Virus record (IMG/VR): IMGVR_UViG_3300037010_001713
Origin: an uncultured virus (IMG/VR IMGVR_UViG_3300037010_001713)
Lineage: Duplodnaviria; Heunggongvirae; Uroviricota; Caudoviricetes
Reading direction: 5' to 3' (one strand)
DNA: 64,000 bases
Shown here: one piece after another, positions 41,728 through 51,639 of the stretch
Layout: the number at the start of each line of letters is the position of its first letter
Numbering within the stretch: the stretch's first letter is position 1
The notes under the pieces: model-generated
What the model was told of the DNA's origin: nothing
The model's database searches: none
Seen by the model: the letters and a program-made list of their open reading frames with translations, nothing else
Translations under genes and position numbers: made by a program

Positions 41728-41806
41728 TCAGTAGATTAAGCTGGTTGCCAGATAAACACAGAGCTATTGTTAGAAGCAATAGCTCTGTGTTTCTATTTTT
41801 TTCAAT
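41728..41806 (+). repeat. Diverged copy of 45968-46046 (helicase 3' end plus hairpin)
   Basis: Ungapped hand alignment gives 63/79 identical bases, with compensatory changes in the hairpin stem. Confidence 0.85.
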
Positions 41807-41845
41807 TGTGTAACATATGAGTATAAATCAAAACAGGGAGACGTT

Positions 41846-42661
41846 ATGACGGCAATAACAAAAGAGACTCAACACACTATCAAGTGTGTTGAGGAATACA
41901 CAGGTAAACCATTCAGTGATAGTCAAGATATAATTGAATTAAACCTAATTGACAAAGAAATCGTAGATCTAACCCCGCTAAAGGGGTTTACTAAACTCAC
42001 TTGTTTACACCTTAACATGAATAGTATCGAAGATATATCCCCACTTGCATATATGACTCAACTCACTGAGTTGAGTCTCAGCTTGAACGAAATTGAGGAT
42101 ATATCATCACTAGCGGGGTTAGCGCAGCTGGAACAGCTAGATCTTGGTTATAACAAAATTACAAATATATCCCCGCTAGCGGGGATGACCTCACTCACCG
42201 AACTTCATCTTGATTGTAACACCATTGAGGGTTTACGCCAACTAATGGATATAACACAGTTGAATAAGCTGTATCTTGGTTATAACGATATCAAAGATAT
42301 ATCCCCGCTTGCTGGGATGACAGGGCTTACTGAGTTGTATCTCAGCAGTAACGAAATAACGGATATATCTTCATTGACGGGGATGAATAATCTCATGGGC
42401 CTATCTCTTAACGGTAACAGAATCAGAGACTTATCCCATTTAGCTGGATTAACGCAGCTGTCATATCTGGATATTGGTCATAATGAAATAGAAGATATAT
42501 CCCCGCTTGCCGGGATGACGCAGCTGAAGTGTCTGTTTATCCATGATAACAAAATGATGAGTTTATCCCCACTAGAGGGATTAAACCAGCTGGAGCAGCT
42601 GGCTCTTGACGGGTTTCATGTTATATGTGGCCCAGATATAAGGGAACTATTTCTTAATTAA
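41846..42661 (+). CDS. Internalin-like LRR protein (LRR-7, ~10 repeats)
   Basis: N-cap HTIKCVEEYTGKPFSD; variant promoter T7-CAATTGTGTAACATATGAG upstream. Confidence 0.92.
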   Translation: MTAITKETQHTIKCVEEYTGKPFSDSQDIIELNLIDKEIVDLTPLKGFTKLTCLHLNMNSIEDISPLAYMTQLTELSLSLNEIEDISSLAGLAQLEQLDLGYNKITNISPLAGMTSLTELHLDCNTIEGLRQLMDITQLNKLYLGYNDIKDISPLAGMTGLTELYLSSNEITDISSLTGMNNLMGLSLNGNRIRDLSHLAGLTQLSYLDIGHNEIEDISPLAGMTQLKCLFIHDNKMMSLSPLEGLNQLEQLALDGFHVICGPDIRELFLN

Positions 42662-42671
42662 AAATAACATT

Positions 42672-42706
42672 TACTTCAGTCTTGCCTAAACGGCGAGACT
42701 GAAGTA
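42672..42706 (+). terminator. Hairpin downstream of LRR-7 (TAAAC loop)
   Basis: TACTTCAGTCTTGCC-TAAAC-GGCGAGACTGAAGTA, with one G-U pair on the sense strand. Confidence 0.7.
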
Positions 42707-42737
42707 TGATTAAAAATACTAGCTCATGCGTAACTTT

Positions 42738-42808
42738 TTTTATACCTGAAGACCTAATGCATTAGTTCTATTTATTTCATTCGTAAGCATATCAAAATAT
42801 AAAGAGAC
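42738..42808 (-). pseudogene. Remnant copy of the 3' end of gene 46069-46428
   Basis: 60/71 identical to 46067-46137. Reads VSLYFDMLTNEINRTNALGLQV* versus VSLYFDVFVNEINRTRVLGLQV*. Confidence 0.8.
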
Positions 42809-42851
42809 CATACCTTACAATTATTGTATGAATATAATATAAGGACCTAAA

Positions 42852-43967
42852 ATGTTTTCGAACTACGTAGATGTAAACAAGCTAAAAACTATGGATGAGT
42901 TTTACACGTACACGCAACCATACGGTAGCTTAGCTAGAGCTTTCGGCAACCGTGTCTATGGTATCGATCATAACAGATCTGGTAGTGTGGTTCCGCCTAG
43001 TAGAAATAAAGTTGAATATGTTTTTTTTACAAGACCTCAGCTTAATATGACTGATAAAAACATATCAAATAACCCAGCGTTACATAACCTGTTATCTAAA
43101 AAAGATACTTCATCGGCTAATTTCGTAAAAACAACACTAGATCCTAGACTAGGTTTTTACGATAAGTCGACAATATCGCCTATCGTTGATAATCAGAATA
43201 TATTCATACCTATTATGACAAATGATTGTATTTCATTAAGTGGATGGCCTGATAGAACAGCTCCAGTATATACATCACCTGAGGGCATACGAGGAGAGCA
43301 GTGGAGCGTAGTTGATGGAACTATCGAAATAAATAATAAATATGACCTAACAGCCAATTTTGATAACATCATAGGAGATGACTTAGTTTCCCTTATTTCG
43401 ACATGGCTTACAGCACAATCCGCAGTACAAGAGAACGTTATGTCTAAATATCCACGAGAAATTGCTCGTGGAGTAATGGATTATCACACTAGAGTATATG
43501 TTTTAACTTTAGATGAAACTAGAACATTCGTGCGAATGTTTGCTTGTTGTGGGGCTGGCATAATAACAAATGACACTATAGGGTCTTTTTTTGATTATAA
43601 TAGAAACGACCCACAGTTGAGTGGTAGTGATACTTTTGGAGTCCGAATATCATGTGTCGGTGCTTACTATAATGATTTCCAATATATAATGGCTTTTAAT
43701 GACTCTGTCTGCATAGGTAAACCTGAAATGTATGACGTCACTGAGGGTATACCATCCACTATGAGAAAATTACCAAATCAGTTATCCGATGGAATGAACT
43801 ACAGGTCATACCCGTTGATTAACGAGGAGACGTTGGAATTAGAGTGGTGGGTCGATAGTAATTCTCCATCGTTTAAACATATGTATAGTATATTAACCGA
43901 TGATGGTAAACGGTTGATGGATAAAGCTAAAACGTGCTGGTCCAATAAACGTGACCAGAAATTATAG
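42852..43967 (+). CDS. phiKZ-like virion structural protein (gp88-like)
   Basis: VFFTRPQLN, TLDP, SLSGWPD, EQWS.VDG and DY.TRVY motifs. Confidence 0.55.
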   Translation: MFSNYVDVNKLKTMDEFYTYTQPYGSLARAFGNRVYGIDHNRSGSVVPPSRNKVEYVFFTRPQLNMTDKNISNNPALHNLLSKKDTSSANFVKTTLDPRLGFYDKSTISPIVDNQNIFIPIMTNDCISLSGWPDRTAPVYTSPEGIRGEQWSVVDGTIEINNKYDLTANFDNIIGDDLVSLISTWLTAQSAVQENVMSKYPREIARGVMDYHTRVYVLTLDETRTFVRMFACCGAGIITNDTIGSFFDYNRNDPQLSGSDTFGVRISCVGAYYNDFQYIMAFNDSVCIGKPEMYDVTEGIPSTMRKLPNQLSDGMNYRSYPLINEETLELEWWVDSNSPSFKHMYSILTDDGKRLMDKAKTCWSNKRDQKL

Positions 43968-43977
43968 GGGGTGTTGA

Positions 43978-45987
43978 ATGCTAACGTGTAAGTCAACGAG
44001 TGATAAAATAATATTTACTGGTGATTTTAGTAGTCTGCCAAGTTTAAGTTGTATGTCGAAATCTATGAGATTCCTATCGGATGAAAAAGTCATAAATATT
44101 GAAGTTGAGAATATAACTGTGAATAAATATTTTCTTCGAGAGTTGCTGGCTGAGCTGAATTACTATAGAGCCGATTCACAAGATAAGAAGTTGACTGATG
44201 TGGACAGACTTTTAGATATGTTTGATGATACAGCGGATCTACCTAAATGTATCACAGACCTATACGAAAATGATACAGTTAAGTATGATATTGAGACAGT
44301 TAACGATAGGTTCGTATATAAAGTAAAAGAACATCAAAAAGAGTTTTTAACAAAATATTTAGATGGGAAAAAAGAGTTTGGTTTAACAGGATTACTGTTA
44401 GATGCGGCACCAGGGACTGGAAAGACTTTTATGGCCGAGCTATTGGTAGAGGTCTTAGCTATTGATTTTGTATTTGTTATAGCCCCTCTTAACACAATTA
44501 AAACGGTTTGGATGGACTCTATTGAGTCGGATTACCGAGGTCCACCGACACATTCTATTATCACTGAGACATATAGCATTTCGAAATACAATATCATAAA
44601 CTATGAGAAAATTCCGAAAATAGATGAACTTATGACCCAGATCGCACCAAAATCTAAAGTGATGATAATAGTGGATGAAGCTCATAACATGACTACGAAA
44701 GAATCTGGCAGGGTAAAAAGTCTATTGGATTCACGTATTTTCAAACTGGCTTCTGACGTATTGCTTCTATCGGGCACCCCAGTTCGATCGAATACTGAAG
44801 AGATAGACACTATGATCCGTATACTCAATAAGGGGGTACCTGAACGAGAACTGAAGATATTAATTCAATTCTACGAGGACGTATCTACAGGCAGACTAAA
44901 AAGAATACGATACAACAATATGTCACATAGGATAGATAAATCTGTTCTAACACTTCCTCCGATTGCAGTCGAACACCTAGAGGCGAGATTAAAGAATGGT
45001 GACGAATACATTATGAAAAGCGTGACAGCAGCTATGGAGGACTATAAAAACGAAAGGATTCAATTACATTTATCGCACCGAGAAGAATACTACAAACAAT
45101 TTATAACCATAGTGAATGGACTAACAGACTCCAAAACTAATAATCAATATCTAAAATATGTTGATGAGCTTTACAAAATAAATAAACCAGTCTCTATTTT
45201 TGATTTAGCTAGTAGGGTAAAATATTTAACGATCTTCGAGGATAAGTATATTTATCCGCGTATGAGTAAGGACGAGGGAGATCACTTTATGGATATTCAA
45301 TCCGTTGTTAAATATCCTTGGTTGAAAGCAAATGGTGAGGCTCTTGGACGTATATTAACACCTGCCCGTATACGATGTTTTAGCGATATAGCGAAGAATA
45401 TAAGTTACGAGGATATAATTGCTAAATCAAACTCTAAAGTTGTTATTTTCTCATCTTATATAGAGGTTTGTGAATCCATTTGTAAAGTTCTCGATAAGAA
45501 AAAAATAAAATATAGCTATATCTTTGGAGATAATACTAAATCAACCGATAGAGTGGTCTCTGATTTTATGAATCCAAATGGTGATGTTAGAGTTATGGTT
45601 GCAACATATAAGGCGTTAGGTACTGGTGTGCGTTTAACATCTGCTAGTACCGTTGTGATGATAGATATCCCGTTCAGACATTATATTTATGATCAAGCTA
45701 TATCTAGAGTATGGCGTCTAGGTCAGACGAATAATGTCAAATTAGTGTTACCAGTATTATACACGTTTAATGAACTAAATTTATCGACTAGAAATTATGA
45801 TATAATTGATTTTTATAATAACAAAGTTGAATATATGACCGGAAACATTAATGATTTTACGGTGAGACCAGACGATAAATTTTTTCCAAATTCTGCTGAG
45901 ATTATTGATGAGAATGAATTTATACATGAACTAGGTAATGAAAAATATAGACATAAATTAATAGATTTCAGTGGATTAAGCTGGTAG
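43978..45987 (+). CDS. SNF2-like SF2 helicase
   Basis: HQ, DAAPGTGKT, INYEK, DEAH, LSGTP, GTGV.LT.A and QAISRVWRLGQ. Confidence 0.88.
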   Translation: MLTCKSTSDKIIFTGDFSSLPSLSCMSKSMRFLSDEKVINIEVENITVNKYFLRELLAELNYYRADSQDKKLTDVDRLLDMFDDTADLPKCITDLYENDTVKYDIETVNDRFVYKVKEHQKEFLTKYLDGKKEFGLTGLLLDAAPGTGKTFMAELLVEVLAIDFVFVIAPLNTIKTVWMDSIESDYRGPPTHSIITETYSISKYNIINYEKIPKIDELMTQIAPKSKVMIIVDEAHNMTTKESGRVKSLLDSRIFKLASDVLLLSGTPVRSNTEEIDTMIRILNKGVPERELKILIQFYEDVSTGRLKRIRYNNMSHRIDKSVLTLPPIAVEHLEARLKNGDEYIMKSVTAAMEDYKNERIQLHLSHREEYYKQFITIVNGLTDSKTNNQYLKYVDELYKINKPVSIFDLASRVKYLTIFEDKYIYPRMSKDEGDHFMDIQSVVKYPWLKANGEALGRILTPARIRCFSDIAKNISYEDIIAKSNSKVVIFSSYIEVCESICKVLDKKKIKYSYIFGDNTKSTDRVVSDFMNPNGDVRVMVATYKALGTGVRLTSASTVVMIDIPFRHYIYDQAISRVWRLGQTNNVKLVLPVLYTFNELNLSTRNYDIIDFYNNKVEYMTGNINDFTVRPDDKFFPNSAEIIDENEFIHELGNEKYRHKLIDFSGLSW

Positions 45988-45995
45988 CCATAGAG

Positions 45996-46030
45996 ACACA
46001 TAGCTGTTGCTGGAAGCAACAGCTATGTGT
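45996..46030. terminator. Bidirectional stem-loop
   Basis: ACACATAGCTGTTGCT-GGA-AGCAACAGCTATGTGT between convergent genes. Confidence 0.7.
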
Positions 46031-46068
46031 ACTTCTTTTTTTCGATCACATTAAAGCGGATTATCCTT

Positions 46069-46428
46069 TTATACCTGGAGACCTAACACTCTGGTTCTAT
46101 TTATTTCATTTACAAACACATCAAAATATAAAGAGACAGTCCTTTCGTCTAGTATGGTTAACATACTATTATCAAAACCAAAACTATCTGATGAATTCAG
46201 ATTATTAGCTATAAGGAATGGATACCAATGTTCCTGTGGTACATTCATAGTTAATAATAAACCATAAAAATTTCCAATATTACTGGCTAATACTTCTGGT
46301 TTTATCTTATCGACACGTAATACCAAAGGACTACCCACAACCATAAGCGGTTTTAATGTATCCCATTTCTTAAACATGGCTCTTGATAGACCTATATTTA
46401 TAACATTTATTTGTTTACTAAGATTCAT
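46069..46428 (-). CDS. Conserved hypothetical protein
   Basis: GNFYGLL...VP...WYP.L.AN motif; GGAG RBS. Confidence 0.7.
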   Translation of the reverse strand: MNLSKQINVINIGLSRAMFKKWDTLKPLMVVGSPLVLRVDKIKPEVLASNIGNFYGLLLTMNVPQEHWYPFLIANNLNSSDSFGFDNSMLTILDERTVSLYFDVFVNEINRTRVLGLQV

Positions 46429-46442
46429 TTGCGTTCTCCTTT

Positions 46443-47246
46443 CTAGATGTTGTTTCCTAATCTAGCTCTTATTAGGGATGAGAAGTAATCAGAGTCCGAC
46501 ATAATGGTAATAGGTTTCCAACGTTTTGTTAGAAATTCAATATAGTCATCATATGCGGTAGAGTAACCGTCGATAACATCGTTAACATATCCCAACTCAT
46601 GACCTTGATATATAAAACCCTTATCTAAGTTCAGTCGAACTCTAGAGAATATAAAAGCCTTAACAGCAAGAGTCACTAACGATGAGAACATAAGATAAGC
46701 TCTTCTCGGTAGATTTTCGTAGTTAGCTCCGTTCTCTATTGTTATATCGAGTAGCCCATACCCCATTAGGAGTAATGGTTCGGATATGTAAATTTTGTTA
46801 TTACCTATTAATGTTAACCTAGATGTAATAGTGCCAGCTGTGTTAACTAAGCTATTACCCATTTTACCATATTGTTCCATCAAATCACTTTGACCACTCA
46901 TAGCTGGATACCCTGTATTTGCCTGTATATTCTGGTTTACAACTGTTTCTATTAGATTATTCGCTGAAATTATAGCTCTACCGTTCGTTAGATAACTCGG
47001 TACGGTCACTAGGCAGTCTATATTGTTAACGTATTCTATCTCACAGTCTTGTAGTCGCACTCTGATCGTCTCACCAGATATAATGTTACAGTCTTTCATC
47101 ACTTTAGGTCTGATCACAGCAGCTGTTATTTTTTCATCTAATGATACATAGGCTGACCCATATTCTTTTTTATTAAATGCTAGTTCTAATATACTAACAT
47201 CAACTGAGTAACGTAAATCCATTAAAGCGTTTGTAATAGCGTTCAT
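46443..47246 (-). CDS. Conserved phiKZ-like protein (putative virion protein)
   Basis: MNAI..AL...IL..AF, VIRP.V..DCN and LAVKAFI...G.ELG motifs. Confidence 0.55.
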   Translation of the reverse strand: MNAITNALMDLRYSVDVSILELAFNKKEYGSAYVSLDEKITAAVIRPKVMKDCNIISGETIRVRLQDCEIEYVNNIDCLVTVPSYLTNGRAIISANNLIETVVNQNIQANTGYPAMSGQSDLMEQYGKMGNSLVNTAGTITSRLTLIGNNKIYISEPLLLMGYGLLDITIENGANYENLPRRAYLMFSSLVTLAVKAFIFSRVRLNLDKGFIYQGHELGYVNDVIDGYSTAYDDYIEFLTKRWKPITIMSDSDYFSSLIRARLGNNI

Positions 47247-47316
47247 ATTTCTTCCTTTTTCAACAAAATGTTAAGCGGTACACCTTATATGAGATTAACA
47301 CAGAGGATATTAAAAA

Positions 47317-47856
47317 ATGGGTAGAAACACACAAAAAGAGCAAAAGAAAATGCTCAGAATTACATATAGGGAGTATCATAACTCACTAAAAGACACTATG
47401 AGTGCTATAGATAGTGTTGATTCTTATTTAGTAGAGTCGACTAATTATTTTGATAAAGATCTAAGAGGTGAGATCAGTATAGAAGATGAAGCTAAGTTTT
47501 ATGGTTTAGTTCGTGGCTGTAGTGAACTATTAGATCAGGCTTTGGACCACGTTAAAGCGGAGTTTGAGTATGCTAAAAACATCCCAAATACCAATGCAAT
47601 CGTCAAGAATGTCGATCGGAGGGACGATCTAATAGCCAGAATGCTAGATCTAACGACTGTCAAACATGGTTTAGAGTCTTCGCAACTAACTGTGGCTGTA
47701 TTCCTAGCTGGGGCAACTAAAGTTTATACACAAGAAGAGATCGATGAGTTAAAGCGTCAAGTGGCTGAAGATCTAGTTATGTCGGCGGCTCTTAAAGAGA
47801 AAATTAACGAAGCAAAAGAGTTTGATAAATCAACCAAACAACTCGCAGAACTTTAA
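47317..47856 (+). CDS. Hypothetical helical protein
   Basis: 179-aa ORF with RBS. Confidence 0.65.
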   Translation: MGRNTQKEQKKMLRITYREYHNSLKDTMSAIDSVDSYLVESTNYFDKDLRGEISIEDEAKFYGLVRGCSELLDQALDHVKAEFEYAKNIPNTNAIVKNVDRRDDLIARMLDLTTVKHGLESSQLTVAVFLAGATKVYTQEEIDELKRQVAEDLVMSAALKEKINEAKEFDKSTKQLAEL

Positions 47857-47871
47857 GATAAGGAGATCATA

Positions 47872-49608
47872 ATGTCTAAACATAAAAATAACAAACTGGT
47901 AAACACAGATGTGGAAGATAAAGAAACAGTAACAGTAAGCGACGGTCCTGGAGTGGTGGCTACGACTACCGATGATAGCAACGCTGTAGAGGTTAGTGGA
48001 GAACCAACTACTAATTTAGATAGCGAGACCCAACCAGTGGATGAGCCGATGAAGTCTGAAAAAGAGATGTCCGATATAAGTAACAGTTACCTGATACCTG
48101 TAACTTCGAAGGATGTTTATGAGGAATTCATGAAAACACTCGAAAATGAGGGTAGTATCTTAGTGAGGGATTTATATCATAGGTATCTAGAAACATATGG
48201 TGACGATTTCGTAAACGACGAAGTATTGGTCGAGCAATATCGTGATGAGGCTCGTAAACTACGTGATTATCATAATATGGATATGAATGAATCCGAGCAG
48301 TTTTCTGTTGATTCGGTATTAGCTAGTGCCATGAACGGTAGTGACGTATCTTTATCTGATTGTAAAAAAGAAAACATTAAAATTAACGGCTACGACTCAG
48401 CAGTACCGAATGTTCGCTACGCTAATTTGAATACAATAGACGCCAATCTTAAGGGACCAGCTGCGGTGTTCGCTATCAACTCAGCGCTCGGTCTCTCAGG
48501 AGCTATTAAGTTACCTCTATACGGATCTGGTTTAAATATAACTCTAAGGGCTCCAGTTCTATCAGAAGAAGCTGTGTTAAGACATAGATTAGCTACGGAC
48601 GTGGTTAGTTATAATAGAGCTATGCTATCGTCGAACGAAGGGAACTTTTCAGCGTATTTCTACGAGAATGTGTTTACATCTTTGAGTCGAACTGTTCTCA
48701 CAACTAACCTAGGCGCTCATGAAGATATTGGAGCCATTGAACTTGATAGCGGTGAAAAACTGGATTTAGGTGACCTAATTTTACTTAACGACTTAAACAG
48801 TTTTGTAACCGGGTCTATAGCCACTCAGTATCCAGATGGTTATAACGCAACAATACAGTGTAAAAACACAGCAATATTGGTGGATAAAAAACCTAAATGT
48901 ACCTTTTCAAAACTGGTCAACTTTGACCCACTTAATCTTTTTCATACTGATTATCGTAGATTAAACGAGTATTGTCGAGCGCATATGCTTAAGGTAAATA
49001 GCAAATCTGTTACATATAAAGACATACTAGATTATAGAGAAAATCTATATAACGATCCAGAGAAGTCGAAATTAGAATTTACTAATCACCGAAGAGATGG
49101 TTCTAAGATAACAACAACAGTCTATTTCGAAGTTCCCACCGTTAACCATTTTATCGCTGTTGGTAAAGTCTGGCATAAGATGTATGTTAAAGAGATCACT
49201 GACATATTAACAAAGGTTAGCGATAAACCAGATGACGAGATCATTACTGAGTTCGATCAAATGCACAGAGTAGCCGATGGGTGTTCGTACGTTAAACGCA
49301 TCACAGTCAATATGTATGATGCTGATGATAACCTATTGAGTACATCTGAGGTCTCTGGTATTAAAGAAATCATCGAATCTATTATTGTCATTGGAAACGA
49401 AGTGAAACGAGGTCACGGTAATCGGTTCTTAGAAAAACTGAACGAGTATAGAGAATATACTACAATAGGTATAGTCGGAACGCGTAATTTCGTATGTCCC
49501 ACCTGTATGGCAAAACAGTCCGATAGTTTAGATGTATTTTCCGATTTTATACCGCTAAACATCATTGCGCTTTTTACAAACCTAGGCGGCACAGGGACAG
49601 TAGCTTAA
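47872..49608 (+). CDS. Conserved phiKZ-like protein, possibly baseplate-hub assembly (T4 gp26-like)
   Basis: LPLYGSG..ITL..P, YPDGY.....C...C and a C-terminal CPTC. Confidence 0.45.
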   Translation: MSKHKNNKLVNTDVEDKETVTVSDGPGVVATTTDDSNAVEVSGEPTTNLDSETQPVDEPMKSEKEMSDISNSYLIPVTSKDVYEEFMKTLENEGSILVRDLYHRYLETYGDDFVNDEVLVEQYRDEARKLRDYHNMDMNESEQFSVDSVLASAMNGSDVSLSDCKKENIKINGYDSAVPNVRYANLNTIDANLKGPAAVFAINSALGLSGAIKLPLYGSGLNITLRAPVLSEEAVLRHRLATDVVSYNRAMLSSNEGNFSAYFYENVFTSLSRTVLTTNLGAHEDIGAIELDSGEKLDLGDLILLNDLNSFVTGSIATQYPDGYNATIQCKNTAILVDKKPKCTFSKLVNFDPLNLFHTDYRRLNEYCRAHMLKVNSKSVTYKDILDYRENLYNDPEKSKLEFTNHRRDGSKITTTVYFEVPTVNHFIAVGKVWHKMYVKEITDILTKVSDKPDDEIITEFDQMHRVADGCSYVKRITVNMYDADDNLLSTSEVSGIKEIIESIIVIGNEVKRGHGNRFLEKLNEYREYTTIGIVGTRNFVCPTCMAKQSDSLDVFSDFIPLNIIALFTNLGGTGTVA

Positions 49609-49682
49609 AGTCTGACTTTGGTCGGCATATCCTAGATAGACTTCCAGACGACAACACACCAGACAACGCTATTCTAGCTAGT

Positions 49683-50051
49683 ATGGTTAGTATGCGATCT
49701 GGGATCTACGATAAGTACCCAGACGGTATGTCGGATCCTCTAGCTGAAGAATTTCTAAATGAACACTACGATTTGTGTTTATTTGAGAATGAAAAATTTA
49801 AAGTAAGTGAGTATGTTGGTTCAGCACAACGAAATCCCTATGAAGATGTATCTGATTTCGTAACAGATCATGATGAACTTATGGGCTACTTGAGTGGTGA
49901 TATAGGTAAACTATATGGAATCACCATATCTGAATATATGAAAACAACAAGGTATGAGAGAAATCTCTTACACGCAGTCGGAAACGAATACAATAAGAAG
50001 CGTGAAAAAATGCTTGATGAGTTGAGGAGAGTGCAGGATGGAGAGAATTGA
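49683..50051 (+). CDS. Conserved hypothetical protein
   Basis: I..LYGITISEY motif. The reading frame may begin further upstream. Confidence 0.55.
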   Translation: MVSMRSGIYDKYPDGMSDPLAEEFLNEHYDLCLFENEKFKVSEYVGSAQRNPYEDVSDFVTDHDELMGYLSGDIGKLYGITISEYMKTTRYERNLLHAVGNEYNKKREKMLDELRRVQDGEN

Positions 50052-50736
50052 TATATATACTGATCTCGATAGTTTGTTAGATACCAGGTTAACAACAGTA
50101 TTTGATAAAGATGCTATGTTAGCTAAAGAGATACTCAGTAATGGAAGCTATCCATCTCGAGATATCGATAAGTTTGGTTGGATGGACCGTGATACATTTA
50201 ACTATTTTTACTCTAAGCGAGATAAACTCTGTATAAAATATAGTGACCAGACAAACATCCAGTATCTTATCGATGAATATATAACATACAACTCGCATAA
50301 ACCAGATGTACCTACGCCTATCAAGCTGTATGTAAATAAATTTCCGTATAACATCAACGATGAAGAATCTGAGACACTTAGAGCTGGACTATCTGATATG
50401 TTTCCAGCTGTCGAGGTTAAACTGTTGAATATGAGTAACTCTGAACTTAAACCTCAGTTTATTAGTAATAATATCGGGGTTATGTTTAAATACGATGGTT
50501 TGACGTGGCTGGAATATCATGTGGTAACTGGCTCTGTATTCGATTCTAGTATTGTTGATACAACACTGTACGTACCTGAGTTGAAACTAAACAGTGTTAT
50601 CTTTGACAAGAAAGATTCTGCTGATATATTCGACAGAATGGTCCACATAGCTAAACCATTTATAAAGCTTAAATTTCTAAGCATAGTCTATTTTATATCG
50701 ACTGAGCTGACAACTATAAGCAATACACTTGAATAA
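50038..50736 (+). CDS. Conserved phiKZ-like hypothetical protein
   Basis: IYTDLDSLLDTRL N-terminus (HAD-like DxD) and N.FPY. Confidence 0.55.
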   Translation: MERIDIYTDLDSLLDTRLTTVFDKDAMLAKEILSNGSYPSRDIDKFGWMDRDTFNYFYSKRDKLCIKYSDQTNIQYLIDEYITYNSHKPDVPTPIKLYVNKFPYNINDEESETLRAGLSDMFPAVEVKLLNMSNSELKPQFISNNIGVMFKYDGLTWLEYHVVTGSVFDSSIVDTTLYVPELKLNSVIFDKKDSADIFDRMVHIAKPFIKLKFLSIVYFISTELTTISNTLE

Positions 50737-50754
50737 AAAAAAAAAGAAGAACTA

Positions 50755-50783
50755 CTAACCAACAGTTTAAAACTGTTGGTTAG
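50755..50783. terminator. Bidirectional stem-loop
   Basis: CTAACCAACAGTT-TAA-AACTGTTGGTTAG between convergent genes. Confidence 0.65.
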
Positions 50784-50788
50784 AGTTT

Positions 50789-51034
50789 TTAAATGATTGT
50801 GGCCATTTTTAGTTCTGTACACGTTGTATGCGCTAGCAGAACGGTGTGATTAAACACACAACCACTGACGGAGCAACAGGTCAGATCTGCTCCGGTGAAA
50901 TCATACATAGACAGGTCTAATCCATCCATGTTTGATTTTGATAGATCGGCACATACGCCGTCGGACTCACTTTCGAGCCAGTTATGATGTTGAAGCATAA
51001 CCGCTTCAACATCATTCTTTTTTAATGTCTGCAT
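50789..51034 (-). CDS. Short, degenerate pentapeptide-repeat protein
   Basis: AAGGA RBS before ATG 51034. N-cap L.QH..WL....G..ADLS followed by a few pentapeptide repeats (ADLSK, LDLSM, ADLTC). Confidence 0.6.
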   Translation of the reverse strand: MQTLKKNDVEAVMLQHHNWLESESDGVCADLSKSNMDGLDLSMYDFTGADLTCCSVSGCVFNHTVLLAHTTCTELKMATII

Positions 51035-51504
51035 TGTGATTCCTTTTTTAAGGTTTTTTCTGGCAATGGGTGTACGACAGCATAGCTTGCCAGTACATCT
51101 TCGTGCGTCCAGCCACGAGTTTGCTGAACAACTACATCTGTACCGCCACAGACCGGGCATACTGGGTGATACATATGGGTCTCACTGTAACGACATTCAC
51201 AGTCGTTACAGTAAATTCGACTAACCGTTGGTTTGACAAACGATAGCACGACTGGATTTGTTTTTTTCAACTCGGGTTCCCATTGAGACTGGATCTCAAT
51301 ACGTTTAAGAAATGTCTCTAAAACGCTAACACCAAGCATCTCGGGTTTTATTCTAAGGAAATAATTTTCCTCATCCACTGATACACTAATAACCAATAAG
51401 CCTTTCTTATCTATACGTGCATACCATGAGATGTCATGCACATCGCCACAACTCTCCACAAACATGTCAAGCATTTTAAAATGCTCATTGCATACATTAT
51501 TCAT
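51022..51504 (-). CDS. Hypothetical protein with C-terminal zinc ribbon
   Basis: CNDC...CPVCGG; preceded by the accessory promoter. Confidence 0.7.
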   Translation of the reverse strand: MNNVCNEHFKMLDMFVESCGDVHDISWYARIDKKGLLVISVSVDEENYFLRIKPEMLGVSVLETFLKRIEIQSQWEPELKKTNPVVLSFVKPTVSRIYCNDCECRYSETHMYHPVCPVCGGTDVVVQQTRGWTHEDVLASYAVVHPLPEKTLKKESQCRH

Positions 51505-51527
51505 TTTCTGACTCCTTTGGTTTTATA

Positions 51528-51556
51528 CTTATATACTATGTAATTGAAAAAAAAAA
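51528..51556 (-). promoter_or_regulatory. Accessory-gene promoter motif
   Basis: T10-CAATTACATAGTATATAAG. Confidence 0.7.
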
Positions 51557-51604
51557 GAATAACGCGAGAACTAGTCGGTCCAAATATATATTATGGTATA
51601 TCTT

Positions 51605-51626
51605 AGTCTCTCTGTTTAGAGAGACT
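51605..51626. terminator. Hairpin downstream of LRR-8
   Basis: AGTCTCTCT-GTTT-AGAGAGACT (CT-AAAC-AG on the - strand). Confidence 0.6.
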
Positions 51627-51639
51627 GAATATCGCTATT

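Noticed and set aside
46047..46066. TTAAAGCGGATTATCC resembles a reversed LRR ending (D-N-P-L-stop) inside the empty site
   Set aside because: Too short to distinguish from chance, and its orientation conflicts with the adjacent promoter-like remnant.
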